A stretch of 62,608 nt of DNA, the filler included, from Sphacelaria rigidula (Eukaryota), in assembly GCA_964200075.2 (NCBI GenBank). It is 5 parts of 5 records of this genome, joined end to end, with 100 filler letters (N's around TTAATTAATTAA, not from the genome) between each part and the next. Parts side by side here need not be neighbours in the genome. Positions count along the whole stretch, not along the records: positions 50,168 to 62,608 come from CAXNAA020003769.1; 4 more parts are not named here. The stretch is one strand, 5' to 3'. Within the stretch, counting starts at the first letter, position 1. Every line of letters begins with the position of its first letter. This document shows, piece after piece, positions 62,091 to 62,608 of this stretch. The position numbers and the translations under genes are program-made. Below the pieces are notes generated by a model that made no database searches, was not told where the DNA came from, and saw nothing but the letters and a program-made list of their open reading frames with translations.

Positions 62091-62608
62091 ATCTAGACAT
62101 CACTTGTCATGACTTCGAGTCAGGAAAAGCTCTGTACTGATGTGTTGGAGTTGAACCTCGGTGTAACAGTCAGCCTCGTTGTCGAGGAGGCTCTCTTTCA
62201 TGGCCCCAACAGTGCGCTGCCAACGTGTGCTTCGATGATGGTCGATCTATATTTTTGCCTGGATCGTTATCCTGGACTCTACCCTGGTCGAGATGCCGTC
62301 AGTAGATTTCACCACTTGGTAGGTTGAGCTTGGCTCCCTTGGTCTTTGTGTGAACACCGAAGTCCGGATATTGACTTGGGCTGATCGTACCACCTGCTAC
62401 CAGCGTGTCACATCTTGTTTTTGCCCAACTCGGCGCAGCAGACACCGACTTGAGGTCTATCAATGCACACTTCGCCTAGGTTACACCTTGCATCTCCCTT
62501 CACTGAGGGTTCTCGATATGCGTCGTCGGAGTTAGTGTTAGTGTTAGTAACAGCCAATCATCTATGTTGAGGATGGTGCTTTTGATTGAGGATGAGAACC
62601 CGGAGGAT

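Noticed and set aside
62549-62608. Window end matching the start of piece 2 in reverse, as an assembly overlap or large inverted repeat
   Set aside because: The copies differ at several positions and a third copy exists at ~16311, so it is a dispersed repeat.

Overview
Intron-rich, repeat-rich eukaryotic nuclear DNA, most consistent with a stramenopile such as a brown alga (inferred from exon/intron style and protein families). It is not one contiguous locus. Five almost equal pieces (1-12442, 12543-24984, 25085-37526, 37627-50067, 50168-62608; 12,441-12,442 bp each) are joined by identical N44-TTAATTAATTAA-N44 linkers, so neighbourhoods across linkers are meaningless. Piece 1 holds a decayed Helitron (Rep/HUH plus PIF1 helicase, minus strand) whose gene has three GT-AG introns, and a long foldback at the start. 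Piece 2 holds 3' exons of a tubulin-tyrosine-ligase-like gene. Piece 3 holds a minus-strand gene for a C2-domain protein followed by 20 tandem Tudor-like repeats in one ~4.35 kb exon, plus a 21st repeat split by an intron; this is the most striking object. Piece 4 holds two exons of a histidine acid phosphatase-family gene lacking the usual HD motif. Piece 5 has no recognisable gene. Several MITE families (piggyBac-like TTAA, PIF/Harbinger-like TAA, TA-CCCTGG palindromic) and other dispersed repeats are scattered throughout. No rRNA, tRNA or CRISPR was supportable. All calls were made by eye, without database searches.
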